The notes beneath the pieces are model-generated. The model searched no databases and had not been told where the DNA came from. It saw only the letters and a program-made list of their open reading frames with translations. This document shows positions 18,635 to 31,084 of a stretch of 64,000 nucleotides of DNA, piece after piece. A program made the position numbers and the translations under genes. Position 1 is the first letter of the stretch. Each line of letters opens with the position of its first letter. This stretch comes from an uncultured Alphaproteobacteria bacterium (lineage in GTDB: Bacteria > Pseudomonadota > Alphaproteobacteria > Rhizobiales > Beijerinckiaceae), in the NCBI GenBank assembly GCA_963713695.1, contig CAVQMU010000002.1, positions 564,041-628,040 of the forward strand, given 5' to 3'.

Positions 18635-20557
18635 ATGAAATTCCCCCCGTCTTTCCTTGATGAAATCAGGGCGCGGCTTCCTGTTTCGGAGGTCGTCGGA
18701 CAGAGCGTCAAATTGAAGAAGCAGGGACGCGAGTGGATTGGCCTGTCGCCATTCAATGCGGAGAAGTCGCCCTCGTTCACCGTCAACGACCAAAAAGGCT
18801 TTTATCACGATTTCTCCTCTTCACGGCACGGCGACATCTTCAGTTTCGTGATGGAGACGCAGGGTCTCGGTTTTCCCGACGCGGTGGAAAAGCTTGCGGG
18901 CATGGCGGGGCTGGCGATGCCCACGGAAAGCCCGGAAGCCGCCGCGGTCGAGCGGCGCCGCGCCACGACGCTCGAAGCCGTGGAAATAGCTGCTTCGTTC
19001 TTCGAGCAGCAATTGCGCGGCCCGGCTGGCGCCGCGGCGCGCGCCTATCTGACCGAGCGCGGCCTCGGGCAGGAGGCGCGCGAGAAATTTCGCCTCGGCT
19101 ATTCGCCCAGGGAGCGCTACGCCCTGCGCGATCACCTCGCTTCGAAAGGCTGCTCGGCCGAAACCATGATCGAGGCCGGGCTTTTGACGCACGGGCCGGA
19201 CATCAACGTCCCCTATGATTTTTTCCGCGACCGGCTGATGTTTCCGATCTGCGACAGAAGGGGGCGGCCCATTGCCTTCGGCGGGCGCGCGCTCGCCAAG
19301 GACGTGCAGCCGAAATACAAGAATTCTGCGGAGACCCCGCTGTTTCACAAGGGCTCGAACCTCTACAACCTGCATTATGCAAGAGAAGCCGCCCAGTCTC
19401 GCGGCACGGTGATCGCGGTCGAGGGCTATGTGGACGTCATCGCCATGGACATGGCTGGCCACAAGAATGTCGTCGCCGGCCTCGGCACGGCCCTGACGGC
19501 AGACCAGTGCGAGTTGCTCTGGAAAATGGCCGAAGAGCCGACGCTCTGCTTTGACGGCGACAAAGCCGGGCGAAAGGCGGCTTTCCGCGCGGTCGACACG
19601 GCCCTGCCGCTGATCGGGGCAGGCAAAAGCCTGCGCTTTGCGCTCCTGCCGGAAGGGCAGGACCCGGACGATCTCGCCCGCAGCGGCGGCGGCGCGGCGA
19701 TCCAGGCCGTGCTCGATGCAAGCAAGCCATTGGCGGAAATGCTGTTTTTGCGCGAGGCGGAAGCGCAGCCGCTCGATACGCCGGAACGTCGCGCGGCGCT
19801 GGAGCGACGCCTGCGCGACAGCGCCGCCCTCATTCGCGACGAAGTGCTGCGAAGGCATTATTTCGACGACTTCCGCGACAGGCTTTCACAGCTTTTCGGC
19901 CGGACGCGGCAGAGCGGCCAGAATCGCAACTTTTCGCGGCAGGATGGGCGCTTCCGTCAAGGTGGACGCCTGCAGCAAGACGGCGGAAATTTTTCGCGAA
20001 GCCCGCTCGCGCCGAGTTCCGCCCTGTTGCAATCCAACCTCTTCGCGGCTCGGAAAGAGGCGCCGGCGGCCCGGGAGACCCTGATTCTGGCCTTGCTGCT
20101 CAATCATCCCCCGCTGATCGGGCGACACGCCGAGGACATATCCCGGCTGGAATTTTCCAGCGAAGGCGCGGGCCGCTTGCGCGACGCCCTGCTCGGGCTC
20201 GATGAGCCCGAGCTTGAGCCGCGCGATTTGCACGAAAAACTTCTTTTGCGGGGATTCGAGGGTTTTTTGACGAGCCTCGGCCAAAATGCCACAATTTCGA
20301 CATTATGGTGCGTGAGGCCCGATGCGCACGAAAACGACGCGGATGAGGTGTTGCGGCAGGCCTTGGCCTTGCATCATAAACAGCGGGCGTTAAATAGGGA
20401 GTTGCGTCTGGCCGAGACGGTTCTTGCGGAAGAGCCGTCAGAGGCCAATTTCGCCGTTCTCGCAGACATCAGGGCGCAATTGTCGGCGCTTGAGGGCGCA
20501 GAGGCGACGATCGAAGGCTTTGGCGCGCATTCCGGCAGGGAAGACAAATCCGTCTGA
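18635..20557 (+). CDS. dnaG: DNA primase
   Basis: Zinc-binding and TOPRIM regions (…GLSPFNAEKSPSFTVNDQKGFYHDFSSSRHGDIFSF…; …IAVEGYVDVIAMDMAGH…CFDGDKAGRKAA…). Confidence 0.9.
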   Translation: MKFPPSFLDEIRARLPVSEVVGQSVKLKKQGREWIGLSPFNAEKSPSFTVNDQKGFYHDFSSSRHGDIFSFVMETQGLGFPDAVEKLAGMAGLAMPTESPEAAAVERRRATTLEAVEIAASFFEQQLRGPAGAAARAYLTERGLGQEAREKFRLGYSPRERYALRDHLASKGCSAETMIEAGLLTHGPDINVPYDFFRDRLMFPICDRRGRPIAFGGRALAKDVQPKYKNSAETPLFHKGSNLYNLHYAREAAQSRGTVIAVEGYVDVIAMDMAGHKNVVAGLGTALTADQCELLWKMAEEPTLCFDGDKAGRKAAFRAVDTALPLIGAGKSLRFALLPEGQDPDDLARSGGGAAIQAVLDASKPLAEMLFLREAEAQPLDTPERRAALERRLRDSAALIRDEVLRRHYFDDFRDRLSQLFGRTRQSGQNRNFSRQDGRFRQGGRLQQDGGNFSRSPLAPSSALLQSNLFAARKEAPAARETLILALLLNHPPLIGRHAEDISRLEFSSEGAGRLRDALLGLDEPELEPRDLHEKLLLRGFEGFLTSLGQNATISTLWCVRPDAHENDADEVLRQALALHHKQRALNRELRLAETVLAEEPSEANFAVLADIRAQLSALEGAEATIEGFGAHSGREDKSV

Positions 20558-20732
20558 GGACGGGTTCGCTTGAGCCTTAAGCGGCGGCGCGGAAAATGGT
20601 TTCGTCAACGGCGGGTTCGGCCCGCCTTCGGATGGTTAAGCGGGAATTAAAATTTTCCGCTCAGTGTGCGGCGTTCGCAGGATAACGGCGATTCGCGAGT
20701 GCCGCGCGAAAAAATTGCGGTTTGGAGTCAAC

Positions 20733-22742
<2,010 letters not shown>

Positions 22743-22748
22743 TCAATC

Positions 22749-22778
22749 AGGCCCGCGAATTTCGCGGGCCTTTTCGTT
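22749..22778 (+). terminator. rho-independent terminator after rpoD
   Basis: GGCCCGCGAA-TTT-CGCGGGCC followed by TTTTCGTTT. Confidence 0.6.
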
Positions 22779-22839
22779 TATCTGCTGGCGCCCGAAGGCA
22801 AAGGCCCCTAAATTGCGGTTGCGGCGCTGCGGGGTGCGT

Positions 22840-23110
22840 GAGGACATTTCCCCGGGGCCTTACGATCCCCTAGGGAGCTGTCCCTGTCTTGGTCCGTGGA
22901 CCTTGGCACATGGCGCCCACCTACTCTGTAGGTACCCGGGATCACGTCCCACGGCTTTTGTGGCCCGCACCCCCTCTCAGTTTCCCTTCTCCCCTTGCGG
23001 GAGAAGGTGGTCCGAAGGACCGGATGAGGGGACCTCGCGGCGCGTCCCCCTCATCCGTCTCGCCGCTGCGCGTCGATCCACCTTCTCCCGCGAGGGGAGA
23101 AGGGTTGCGC
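22840..23110. repeat. REP/MITE-like palindromic intergenic element (nested inverted repeats)
   Basis: CCTTCTCCCCTTGCGGGAGAAGGTGG … CCACCTTCTCCCGCGAGGGGAGAAGG and GGATGAGGGGAC … GTCCCCCTCATCC form nested palindromes. Such elements give spurious ORFs of the type …SPLAGEGGPKDRMRGP…, as in the listed ORFs 22889..23266 and the 5' part of 22813..23742. Confidence 0.5.
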
Positions 23111-23136
23111 GGCGGTGTTTGCGGCCAATTTCAAAA

Positions 23137-23742
23137 ATGCTGCCGCCTATGCTCTTCGACAAATCCTTCCTGCGAGTCCGGTTACGCGAGGCGCGCGCCG
23201 CAATTTCCGATGCGGCGGCCACGGCAGCCGCATGCAAAATTGCCGCGCGCGCGCTCCCTTTCATAAAAACCCTTTCCGCCGCCGCCCCTCCGAAAACCCC
23301 CGTCGCGCTTTACAACGCCTTGCCGGGCGAACTCGATTGCCAGCCCTTGCTGCGCGCTCTCTTTGACGCCGGCTATCCGACATTGCTGCCTGTCGCCGGC
23401 GAAAAGGCGACGCCTCTGACCTTTCGGCTTTGGCGGCCCGGCGACGCGCTGGGCTCCGGGCGCTATGGCTTGCGCGAACCACAGGACACCGCGCCCGAAA
23501 TGGCGCCCAAAATCCTGTTCGCGCCGCTGCTCGGCTTTGACGAAAAAGGCGGCCGGCTCGGCTTTGGCGGCGGCTATTACGACGTCACCCTCGCGCGATT
23601 GCGCAAAAAGGGCCTGGTCGCCGCAGGCGGGCTGGCCTTCGCGCTGCAGAAAATCGACGCCGTCCCCACGGAAGCGCACGACGAACCGCTCGATTTCGTG
23701 GTAACGGAAGACAACCTGCTTGATTTTCGCTTGGATCGATAA
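23137..23742 (+). CDS. 5-formyltetrahydrofolate cyclo-ligase
   Basis: …LPGELDCQPLL…LLPV…TFRLW…GLREP…ILFAPLLGFDEKGGRLGFGGGYYD. The N-terminal part of the long ORF from 22813 overlaps the repeat element and is not coding. Confidence 0.8.
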   Translation: MLPPMLFDKSFLRVRLREARAAISDAAATAAACKIAARALPFIKTLSAAAPPKTPVALYNALPGELDCQPLLRALFDAGYPTLLPVAGEKATPLTFRLWRPGDALGSGRYGLREPQDTAPEMAPKILFAPLLGFDEKGGRLGFGGGYYDVTLARLRKKGLVAAGGLAFALQKIDAVPTEAHDEPLDFVVTEDNLLDFRLDR

Positions 23743-24554
23743 TGCGTCTTTTGTTCATTGGCGATGTCGTCGGCCGCTCCGGCCGCGCCGCCATCGCCGA
23801 GCATGTGCCGGCGCTCCGCAAAAAACTGGAGCTCGATTTCGTTGTCGCCAATGGCGAGAACGCCGCCGGCGGCTTCGGCATCACCGAGGCGATCGCCCAG
23901 GAGTTCCTCAACGCGGGTGTCGATTGCATCACCCTCGGCAATCATTCCTTCGACCAGCGCGAAGCCCTCGTTTTCATCGAGCGCGCGCCACATGTGCTGC
24001 GTCCCATGAATTATCCCCAGGGAACGCCTGGCCGGGGCGCCTGGATGTACGAAACCCAAAAAGGCGAGCGCGTGCTGGTGATGAGCGTCATCGGCCGCGT
24101 TTTCATGGATGCGATGGACGACCCCTTCGCCGCCGTCGAGAAGGAGCTTGCCGCCTGTCCGCTCGGCCTTGCCTGCGACGCGGCCATTCTCGACATTCAC
24201 GCGGAGGCGTCGAGCGAAAAGCAGGCGCTTGCGCATTTCGCCGACGGCCGCGTCTCGCTCGCCGTGGGCACGCACACCCACGTGCCCACCGCCGATGCGC
24301 GCATTCTGACCCATGGCGCTGCCTTCCAGACCGACGCCGGCATGACCGGCGACTATGACTCGGTCATCGGCATGGACAAGGAGGAGCCGATCCGCCGCTT
24401 CACCCGGAAGACGCCGGGCTCGCGTTTCGAGCCGGCGGAGGGGCCGGCGACCCTGTGCGGCGTTTTCGTCGAGACGGGCGGCGACGGACTGGCGAAACGG
24501 GTGGAACCCCTGCGCATCGGCGGCAGGCTGGCGCAGGCTGTGCCCGGCCTTTGA
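23742..24554 (+). CDS. YmdB-like metallophosphoesterase (TIGR00282-type)
   Basis: MRLLFIGDVVGRSGR…DFVVANGENAAGGFGIT…GNHSFDQ…MDAMDDPF…DIHAEASSEKQAL…. Confidence 0.85.
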   Translation: MRLLFIGDVVGRSGRAAIAEHVPALRKKLELDFVVANGENAAGGFGITEAIAQEFLNAGVDCITLGNHSFDQREALVFIERAPHVLRPMNYPQGTPGRGAWMYETQKGERVLVMSVIGRVFMDAMDDPFAAVEKELAACPLGLACDAAILDIHAEASSEKQALAHFADGRVSLAVGTHTHVPTADARILTHGAAFQTDAGMTGDYDSVIGMDKEEPIRRFTRKTPGSRFEPAEGPATLCGVFVETGGDGLAKRVEPLRIGGRLAQAVPGL

Positions 24555-24563
24555 CCGCAGTCG

Positions 24564-25031
24564 CTATAGTCCCAGGTCGCTCAGGCCGGGATGATCGTCC
24601 GGACGCCGGCCGAGCGGCCAGTGGAACAGCCTGTCCTGAGGCTTTATCGGCAGGTCGTTGATGCTGGCGAAGCGCCGGCGCATCAGGCCGCTGTCCTCGA
24701 ATTCCCAATTCTCGTTGCCATAGGACCGGTACCAATGGCTACTGTCGTCATGCCATTCATAGGCGAAGCGCACGGCCAGGCGATTGTCCCTGAAGGCCCA
24801 TAGTTCCTTGATGAGGCGATAATCCAGTTCGCGCGCCCATTTGCGTTCGAGAAACTTTTGCGCCTGATCTCGCCCGATCGGGAATTCGGCGCGGTTCCGC
24901 CAGATCGTATCGAGCGTGTAGACTTGGGCGACCCGCGCAGGATCGCGTGAATTCCAGGCGTCTTCGGCCAGACGCACCTTTTGCGTCGCGGTTTCGAGAG
25001 TGAAGGGCGGCAGCGGCGGCTTCGTTTCCAT
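24564..25031 (-). CDS. DUF1348-family protein (NTF2-like fold)
   Basis: [50 protein letters not shown]… Start choice is uncertain (alternatives at 25046 or 25103). Confidence 0.7.
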   Translation of the reverse strand: METKPPLPPFTLETATQKVRLAEDAWNSRDPARVAQVYTLDTIWRNRAEFPIGRDQAQKFLERKWARELDYRLIKELWAFRDNRLAVRFAYEWHDDSSHWYRSYGNENWEFEDSGLMRRRFASINDLPIKPQDRLFHWPLGRRPDDHPGLSDLGL

Positions 25032-25209
25032 TGCGTCGATCCCCATGCAGGCAGGTCTTTCAAAATCTAGCATAGCCAATTCGACTTCGTCGTCCCGCCC
25101 CACTTTTCAGCCGCCTTGCGCCCGTCTATAAGGCGCGATCCAGATTTTAAGCCCTGCTGCTGGCTTGCCAGGCCGGTGGGGGCGTTACGAAAAACGATCA
25201 GGGGCAGAA

Positions 25210-25956
25210 ATGGCCGGGCATAGTCAGTTCAAGAACATCATGCACAGGAAGGGCAAGGCTGACGCCGCCCGCTCCAAGCTTTTTTCCAAGCTCGCGCGTG
25301 AAATCACCGTCGCCGCCAAGATGGGGCTGCCCGACCCCAACATGAACGCGCGCTTGCGCGCCGCCTGCATCGCCGCGCGCGTCGAAAACATGCCCAAGGA
25401 CAATATCGAGCGCGCCATCAAGAAAGCCTCGGGCGCCGACGGCGAGAACTACGACGAGGTGCGCTACGAGGGCTACGCCCCGGGAGGCGTCGCCGTGATC
25501 GTCGAAGCCCTGACCGACAACCGCAACCGCACCGCAGGCGAAGTGCGCTCCTACTTCACCAAGGCGGGCGGCGCCCTGGCCGAAACGGGCGCGGTCTCCT
25601 TCATGTTCGATCATGTCGGCGAAATCGAATTCGACGCCAAGGCGGCGAGCGAGGACGCAATGATGGAGGCGGCGATCGAGGCCGGCGCGGAAGATGTCGT
25701 CTCAACGCCCGAGAGCCACGAGATCACCACCACGCTCGAGGACCTCGTTGAAGTGACCAAGACTTTGGAGGCGAAATTCGGCGAGCCCAAGAAATCGAAG
25801 CTCGTCTGGAAGCCGCAGAACACGATAGCGGTCGACGACGAGGCGGGCGAAAAGATCCTGCGCCTGATCGGCTCGCTCGAAGACAATGACGACGTGCAGA
25901 ACGTCTACGCCAATTTCGAGATTTCCGACGCGCTGATGGCGAAAATGGGCGGCTGA
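25210..25956 (+). CDS. yebC: YebC/PmpR-family DNA-binding transcriptional regulator
   Basis: [39 protein letters not shown]…RLRAAC… canonical YebC N-terminus. Confidence 0.9.
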   Translation: MAGHSQFKNIMHRKGKADAARSKLFSKLAREITVAAKMGLPDPNMNARLRAACIAARVENMPKDNIERAIKKASGADGENYDEVRYEGYAPGGVAVIVEALTDNRNRTAGEVRSYFTKAGGALAETGAVSFMFDHVGEIEFDAKAASEDAMMEAAIEAGAEDVVSTPESHEITTTLEDLVEVTKTLEAKFGEPKKSKLVWKPQNTIAVDDEAGEKILRLIGSLEDNDDVQNVYANFEISDALMAKMGG

Positions 25957-25983
25957 TTTCGCCCGCTATCACCGGCGTCTTGA

Positions 25984-26016
25984 AACACCCGCTGGCCAAC
26001 CCAGCGGGTGTTTTCG
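25984..26016 (+). terminator. rho-independent terminator after yebC
   Basis: ACACCCGCTGG-CCAA-CCAGCGGGTGT followed by TTTCGC. Confidence 0.55.
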
Positions 26017-26101
26017 CTGGCGTCGTGGCGCTGTCGTGGCGCATGCGGCCAGTTCGTCCTAACCTTCGGCAGATTTGGATCCTCGATCGGAGGCTGGGGA
26101 A

Positions 26102-26704
26102 ATGGCGATGCCCTTTAATGGCCGGCGTCTGCAAAAACTCCGCGCGGAACGCGCCTGGACGCAGGAGCAGTTGGCGGAAGTCTGCGGATTGAGCGCCCGG
26201 ACGATCCAGCGGCTTGAGCGCGGGGGCAGGGCGTCGCCCGAAACGGTCGGAACGATTGCCGCTGTGTCCGGGGTGGCCGTCGGCGAATTTCTGGTTGTGG
26301 CCAGGCCCCGAATGAAGTTCGGAATCCGCCGGATTACGCCCATGACCGTTCTGGACGAGATAAATTCGGCGGTCGCCGATTATCTTTCGCTGGGATTTGC
26401 CTTGATCGAAACCGGAGATCGCGGTTGCCTGGGGTTGCGGGCGGGGGAGGGCGGCATCATTTTCGCCAGCGCCGATTTTCTGCGCGGCGATTTCGAGGAA
26501 ACCGCCGTCTCCCGCTTCGTTGGACGGACCATCCCCTATCTCCATGTCGGCTGTGTCGACGGCGCGGAAATGCGGCTGCCGCCGTCCGCACGCGTCGTCC
26601 AGAAGGTTGTAACGCGCGGCGCGACCAAGGAAATGCTGGTCGAACAGGACGGCCGTTACTCGATTTTCGCGGAGAAAATCGCCGCAGAGGGCGCGCCCGC
26701 TTGA
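26102..26704 (+). CDS. XRE-family HTH regulator with a C-terminal VOC/glyoxalase-like domain
   Basis: HTH LRAERAWTQEQLAEVCGLSARTIQRLERG. The C-terminal half resembles the VOC fold (…YLSLGFALIETGDRGCLGLRAGEGGIIFA…). Confidence 0.65.
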   Translation: MAMPFNGRRLQKLRAERAWTQEQLAEVCGLSARTIQRLERGGRASPETVGTIAAVSGVAVGEFLVVARPRMKFGIRRITPMTVLDEINSAVADYLSLGFALIETGDRGCLGLRAGEGGIIFASADFLRGDFEETAVSRFVGRTIPYLHVGCVDGAEMRLPPSARVVQKVVTRGATKEMLVEQDGRYSIFAEKIAAEGAPA

Positions 26705-26719
26705 ACGCCCAGGCGCTGC

Positions 26720-26962
26720 TCAGCCCCGCTTTCGTCGAAACTCCCGGCGGCGGGGAAGCAGGCTGAACTCTCCGCAGTAGCGGCACAGCAGCGCGGGGTC
26801 GCCGGTCATCGAGCCCGGATCGAAGGCGATCAGAATTGTGTAGTCGCAATGGCCGCAGGCATAGTCGTCGCTCCCCGGCAAATTCAATCTGTCGGCGCCG
26901 ATCAGCTTCACCTTGGCGTCAGCGTCTACCTGGCTGATCGGCAACATTTTTATCCGCGCCAT
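26720..26962 (-). CDS. small (80 aa) CxxC…CxxC zinc-ribbon-like hypothetical protein
   Basis: …DYACGHCDYTILIAFDPGSMTGDPALLCRYCGEF… Lies divergent from the MCP-PilZ gene. Coding status is uncertain. Confidence 0.4.
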   Translation of the reverse strand: MARIKMLPISQVDADAKVKLIGADRLNLPGSDDYACGHCDYTILIAFDPGSMTGDPALLCRYCGEFSLLPRRREFRRKRG

Positions 26963-27250
26963 ACCTAAACGCCTCCGCTTTCCTTAACTCAGGTTCCTTA
27001 CGATCGGCGGAAGGGGAAGTTTCGAACATGCACTGTTGAGACGCGAATGGGGGAGCCATGCCTGCGATGTTGTTGGCGCATCGTAATATAAGCTTACCTA
27101 ACGTAAGCATGTATCAATAGAAATAAGGTATGTTGCGCGATAAGACAACAAAATAATGTAAAAATACCCGTAAATTCATAATTCGTTAACCAATACTTGT
27201 TAAAAACATGGTGTAATTTTGCTTTTGACCACTTTGTCGGACATTCAGGC

Positions 27251-29242
27251 ATGAATTTAACATTGCGCAGCGCGGGGCTCGCGGCCATTTCCGTCCTGCT
27301 TGCGGCGAGCGCGGGAACCATGGCCATTTCATTCTGGGCGAAGGGCGCGGCGCTGGAGCGGGCCGTCGCCGTCTCGAAGATCAATGCGCAGACACGCGAA
27401 GTGGTGATGCCTCTTGTCACGCTGATCAAGGACTTGCAGATCGATGTCGTGCAGGTCCAGCAGTTCCTGACCGACACTTCGGCGACGCGTGGTCTTGACG
27501 GTCTTGACGACGGTGTTGGCGAAGCCGCGAAGTTCGCCGAAAAGTTCGGCAAGGACGCAGAAGAGGCGCGCAAATTGGCCACCCGGCTTGGCGACGGAGA
27601 ATTGAAGGCCGGACTGGACCGGACGATCGAGGCTTTCCCGGCATATTACGCCATGGGGCGCAAGATGACGGAAGCCTATGTCGCGGAGGGGCCGGCCGGC
27701 GGCAACAAGCTGATGAGCGGCTTCGACAAGGTCGCCGACGCGCTTTCGGGCGAACTGGAAAAAGTGGTGAAACGGCGCGACGCCATTGTCGACGAAAGCG
27801 CCCAGCGAAGTCGCGATGACCTGAGCGAACTGGAGGGCACGATGTCGCGCGCCTCCAATCTCACCATTCTCGCCAATATGCTTTCGCTGGTTGTCCTGGG
27901 AATCGCGGCCGTCGGGCTGTTGAGGCGGGTCATCGGGCCGGTGCTGGAAATGGCCGGCTTTCTCGAAAATCTTGCTGAGGGCCATCTCGAAATGACGACG
28001 CGTCTGGGCGAGGGACAAGATGAAATTGGCCGCATGGCGCGCGCCGCCGACGTATTTCGCGAGAACGCCGTCGAGCGCGAGAGGCTTGAGGAGACCGCGC
28101 GAACCGAGCGCCAGACCGAGTTGCAGCGTCAGGCGCGGCTGGAGGAATTGATCGCGCAGTTCCGCACCGTGATCGGCGAGATCGTCATGTCCGTGGGCGC
28201 GGAGGCGGAGACCATGAGCGGCACGGCGAGCAAGCTCAACGACGTCGCTTTCCGCGCCGAACGAACGGCGGATTCCGCTCGCGTTGCGGCTGAGGAATCC
28301 TCGCACAACATCCGCGCCGTCTCCGTCGCGGCCGAGCAATTGAGCGCTTCGATCACCGAGATTTCGCAACAGATTCGCGGCGCCGGCGAAAAGGCCAGCG
28401 AGGCCACCGGCATCGCCCGCCGCACCGACGTGAATATTTCGAGCCTGGTCGAACTGGCCGGCAAGGTGGAGGCTATCGTCGCCTTGATCCGGGGCATCGC
28501 CCAGCAAACCAATCTCCTGGCGCTCAACGCCACCATCGAGGCGGCGCGCGCCGGCGATGCGGGCAAGGGATTCGCTGTAGTGGCGTCTGAAGTGAAGATG
28601 CTCGCCGGCCAGACCGCCAAGGCGACGGATGAGATCGCCGCGCAGGTCGCTGCGATCCAGCACGCCACCCAGGGCGCCGTCGAGGATCTGCGGGCAATCG
28701 CCAGCGCCGTGGCCGAAATCGACGAAATGACGAATGCGGTTGTTGCGTCGGTCGCGCAGCAGAGCGAGGCCACCGGCGAAATCGCCAGCTCGATCTCGCG
28801 CGCGTCGGACAGTTCCAGCACGGCTTCGCAAAATGTCGCCAGCGTCGCCCTGGTGATCGGCGAAACCAATTCCGAGGCTGGTCGCGTCACGACCGCCACG
28901 GGGCTCCTGTCGGGATCGGCGAAGCAATTGGCGGAGGCGGTCGAAAAATTCCTGCGCGACGTGACCCAGGATGTGAAAAACCGCCGCGCCGCCACGCGCC
29001 GGCTTTCGACCGAGGGCGTGGTGATTTTCACCAATGGGCTGCGCGCAAAAACCAAATTGATTGATATTTCGGATACGGGCGCCAAGCTGATCGCCCCCGA
29101 GGCATTGCGGAACGGCGACAGCTTCGTGATGGAATTCGAGGACGAGAGCAGGGCGCAGGCGCGCGTGGTCTGGTTGCGTGAAGGATTCGCCGGCGCGCAG
29201 TTCGATGTACCGCTGGGCGCGCGAGGCGACCAGGCTGCGTGA
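27251..29242 (+). CDS. methyl-accepting chemotaxis protein with a C-terminal PilZ (c-di-GMP-binding) domain
   Basis: N-terminal TM and sensor region, HAMP, MCP signalling domain (…[37 protein letters not shown]…). C-terminus has PilZ motifs RRAATRR (RxxxR) and DISDTG (DxSxxG). AT-rich promoter region 27090-27250 upstream. Confidence 0.9.
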   Translation: MNLTLRSAGLAAISVLLAASAGTMAISFWAKGAALERAVAVSKINAQTREVVMPLVTLIKDLQIDVVQVQQFLTDTSATRGLDGLDDGVGEAAKFAEKFGKDAEEARKLATRLGDGELKAGLDRTIEAFPAYYAMGRKMTEAYVAEGPAGGNKLMSGFDKVADALSGELEKVVKRRDAIVDESAQRSRDDLSELEGTMSRASNLTILANMLSLVVLGIAAVGLLRRVIGPVLEMAGFLENLAEGHLEMTTRLGEGQDEIGRMARAADVFRENAVERERLEETARTERQTELQRQARLEELIAQFRTVIGEIVMSVGAEAETMSGTASKLNDVAFRAERTADSARVAAEESSHNIRAVSVAAEQLSASITEISQQIRGAGEKASEATGIARRTDVNISSLVELAGKVEAIVALIRGIAQQTNLLALNATIEAARAGDAGKGFAVVASEVKMLAGQTAKATDEIAAQVAAIQHATQGAVEDLRAIASAVAEIDEMTNAVVASVAQQSEATGEIASSISRASDSSSTASQNVASVALVIGETNSEAGRVTTATGLLSGSAKQLAEAVEKFLRDVTQDVKNRRAATRRLSTEGVVIFTNGLRAKTKLIDISDTGAKLIAPEALRNGDSFVMEFEDESRAQARVVWLREGFAGAQFDVPLGARGDQAA

Positions 29243-29412
29243 TGTTGCGCAGCTCGCCCCGGGGCGAAGGGCGGAGCGACGGGACCGCGCGGGCGGGGCG
29301 GTTTCATCTGACTGTCATATATAGCTTTTAGACCTTCCCTAAGGTCATGACGCGGTCCGGCCATCTGACCTCGCCAATCGTGATCGCAATCGCGCAGACT
29401 TCAGGGATTCTC

Positions 29413-30878
29413 ATGCCGTATCGCTCTTCCGCGCTGAAAGGCGCGCTTTTGATGTCTGTGGCCCTGGCAACTCCGTCGCTCGCCGACACGACGCCCTTCG
29501 CTTTCACCACCGGCGATCTCGTCATCAGCACGGTGGCCGGAACGACGCTCGACACGGCATCGCCGATCACGCTCGATGAATTCAGCCTCAACAGCGCGGG
29601 AACCTCGGCATCCCCCGACGGAACCCTGGCTTTGCCGCAGACGGCGAGCGGCGCCAATTCGGCGATTTCAGGCGAATATGGTTCGGCCTCCGAGGGCTTT
29701 TTGCAGCTTTCCGGCAATGGACAGCTCCTCTCCATCGTTGGCTATGGCGTCAACGCCAGCGCGTTCAACTCCGCGGCGTTGGCGACCTACGGCACGACTG
29801 CGCTTGGCCAGACCACGAGCCTGCTCGCCAATCAGCAGACGGGCGCGATCTATACGACCGTGCCGCGCGTCGTCGCCCTGATCAACGGCACGGGCAATGT
29901 CGATACGACGACCGCTCTGACCGGCGTGTTCAACACCAACAATCCGCGCAGCGCCTATACCGTCGATGGCTCGACCATCTATGTGTCGGGCCAGGGCGCG
30001 TCCAAGACCGACACGACGCAGGGCGTATTCGTGACGACGCGCGGCTCGACCACGGCTACGGCGATTGACACGTCCTCGGACACCCGTTTTGTCACCGGAT
30101 ACAACGGAACGCTTTATGTTTCGCGCGACCAAGCCCCTCCGGGACAGGCGCTGTCAACAATGTCACGAATGTCAGCAGCCTGACCAATGGTTCAGGCAGC
30201 ATGCCGACGTCTTCGGCGGGATTGATCACGACGCATATCACGCCGCCCGCATCGCCCTATTCCAGCGGCGCCAACAACGGCTCGATCAATCTGACGGCGG
30301 CGCTGGCGAACGGTGTCAACAATGCCCGTATCGGCAGCTTCGTTTATTTGAGCCCGGAAGAATACTTCTTCGCCAATCCGACGACGCTTTACGTCGCCGA
30401 CAGCGGCCAGCCCAAGAACGGCAATGTCAACAAGGCGGGGCTCGGCGAAGGCGGATTGCAGAAATGGTCGCTGATCGGCGGCGTCTGGACGCTCGACTAC
30501 GACCTCGTTTCGGGCCTCAATCTCGTCAACAACGCCAATGCTAACGCCGCTACGCCGACGGCGCCGGGCGTCACTGGCCTGTTCGGCCTGACCGGCAAGG
30601 TCGTCAACGGCCAAGTCGAACTCTTCGCCACGAGCTACGGCCTGAACGAATTGTCGCCGAGCTATCTCTACGAGATCACCGACAATCTCTCGGCTGTCAC
30701 CATTGCCAACGGCGAAAGCTTCACGACGCTCTATTCCGCGCCCTCCGATGTTTCGATCCGCGGCGTTTCCTTCGCGCCGTCCGTCCCGGAACCCTCGACC
30801 TGGTTGATGATGCTGATGGGCTTTGCGGGCCTCGGCTTTGCCTCCTATCGCAAGGCGCAGTCCCAGTCCGCAGTCTGA
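29413..30878 (+). CDS. PEP-CTERM-anchored secreted protein (Thr/Gly/Asn-rich); reading frame interrupted by a 1-nt indel near 30131-30137
   Basis: Signal peptide MPYRSSALKGALLMSVALATPSLA. C-terminus …VPEPSTWLMMLMGFAGLGFASYRKAQ is the PEP-CTERM sorting motif. ORF 29347..30183 (frame 1) and ORF 30201..30878 (frame 0) join if one base is restored in the CCCC run at 30134-30137, giving …YVSRDQAPSGTGAVNNVTNVSS…. Confidence 0.7.
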
Positions 30879-30898
30879 TACTGAAGACCTCGCCAACA

Positions 30899-30926
30899 AA
30901 AGGCCGCCGTGGGGCGGCTTTTTCTT
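30899..30926 (+). terminator. rho-independent terminator after the PEP-CTERM gene
   Basis: AGGCCGCC-GTGG-GGCGGCTT followed by TTTTCTTTATTT. Confidence 0.55.
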
Positions 30927-31084
30927 TATTTGGCTTGCAAGCAACGTTTCCGCGTAAATCGCTTCAACGTTTGTCAAGGATAGCCAATAAAAATCCGGCT
31001 TCTAGCTTGGACGCCGCCTTGCCGTCCCGGCGCCCCTGCGGCAGACTGTCGAGGCAATTGCGCATTATCCGGGATTGACTGCAA

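Noticed and set aside
22813-23136. N-terminal 108 codons of ORF 22813..23742
   Set aside because: They overlap the palindromic repeat element and give the characteristic repeat-derived pseudo-peptide. The genuine cyclo-ligase start is at 23137.
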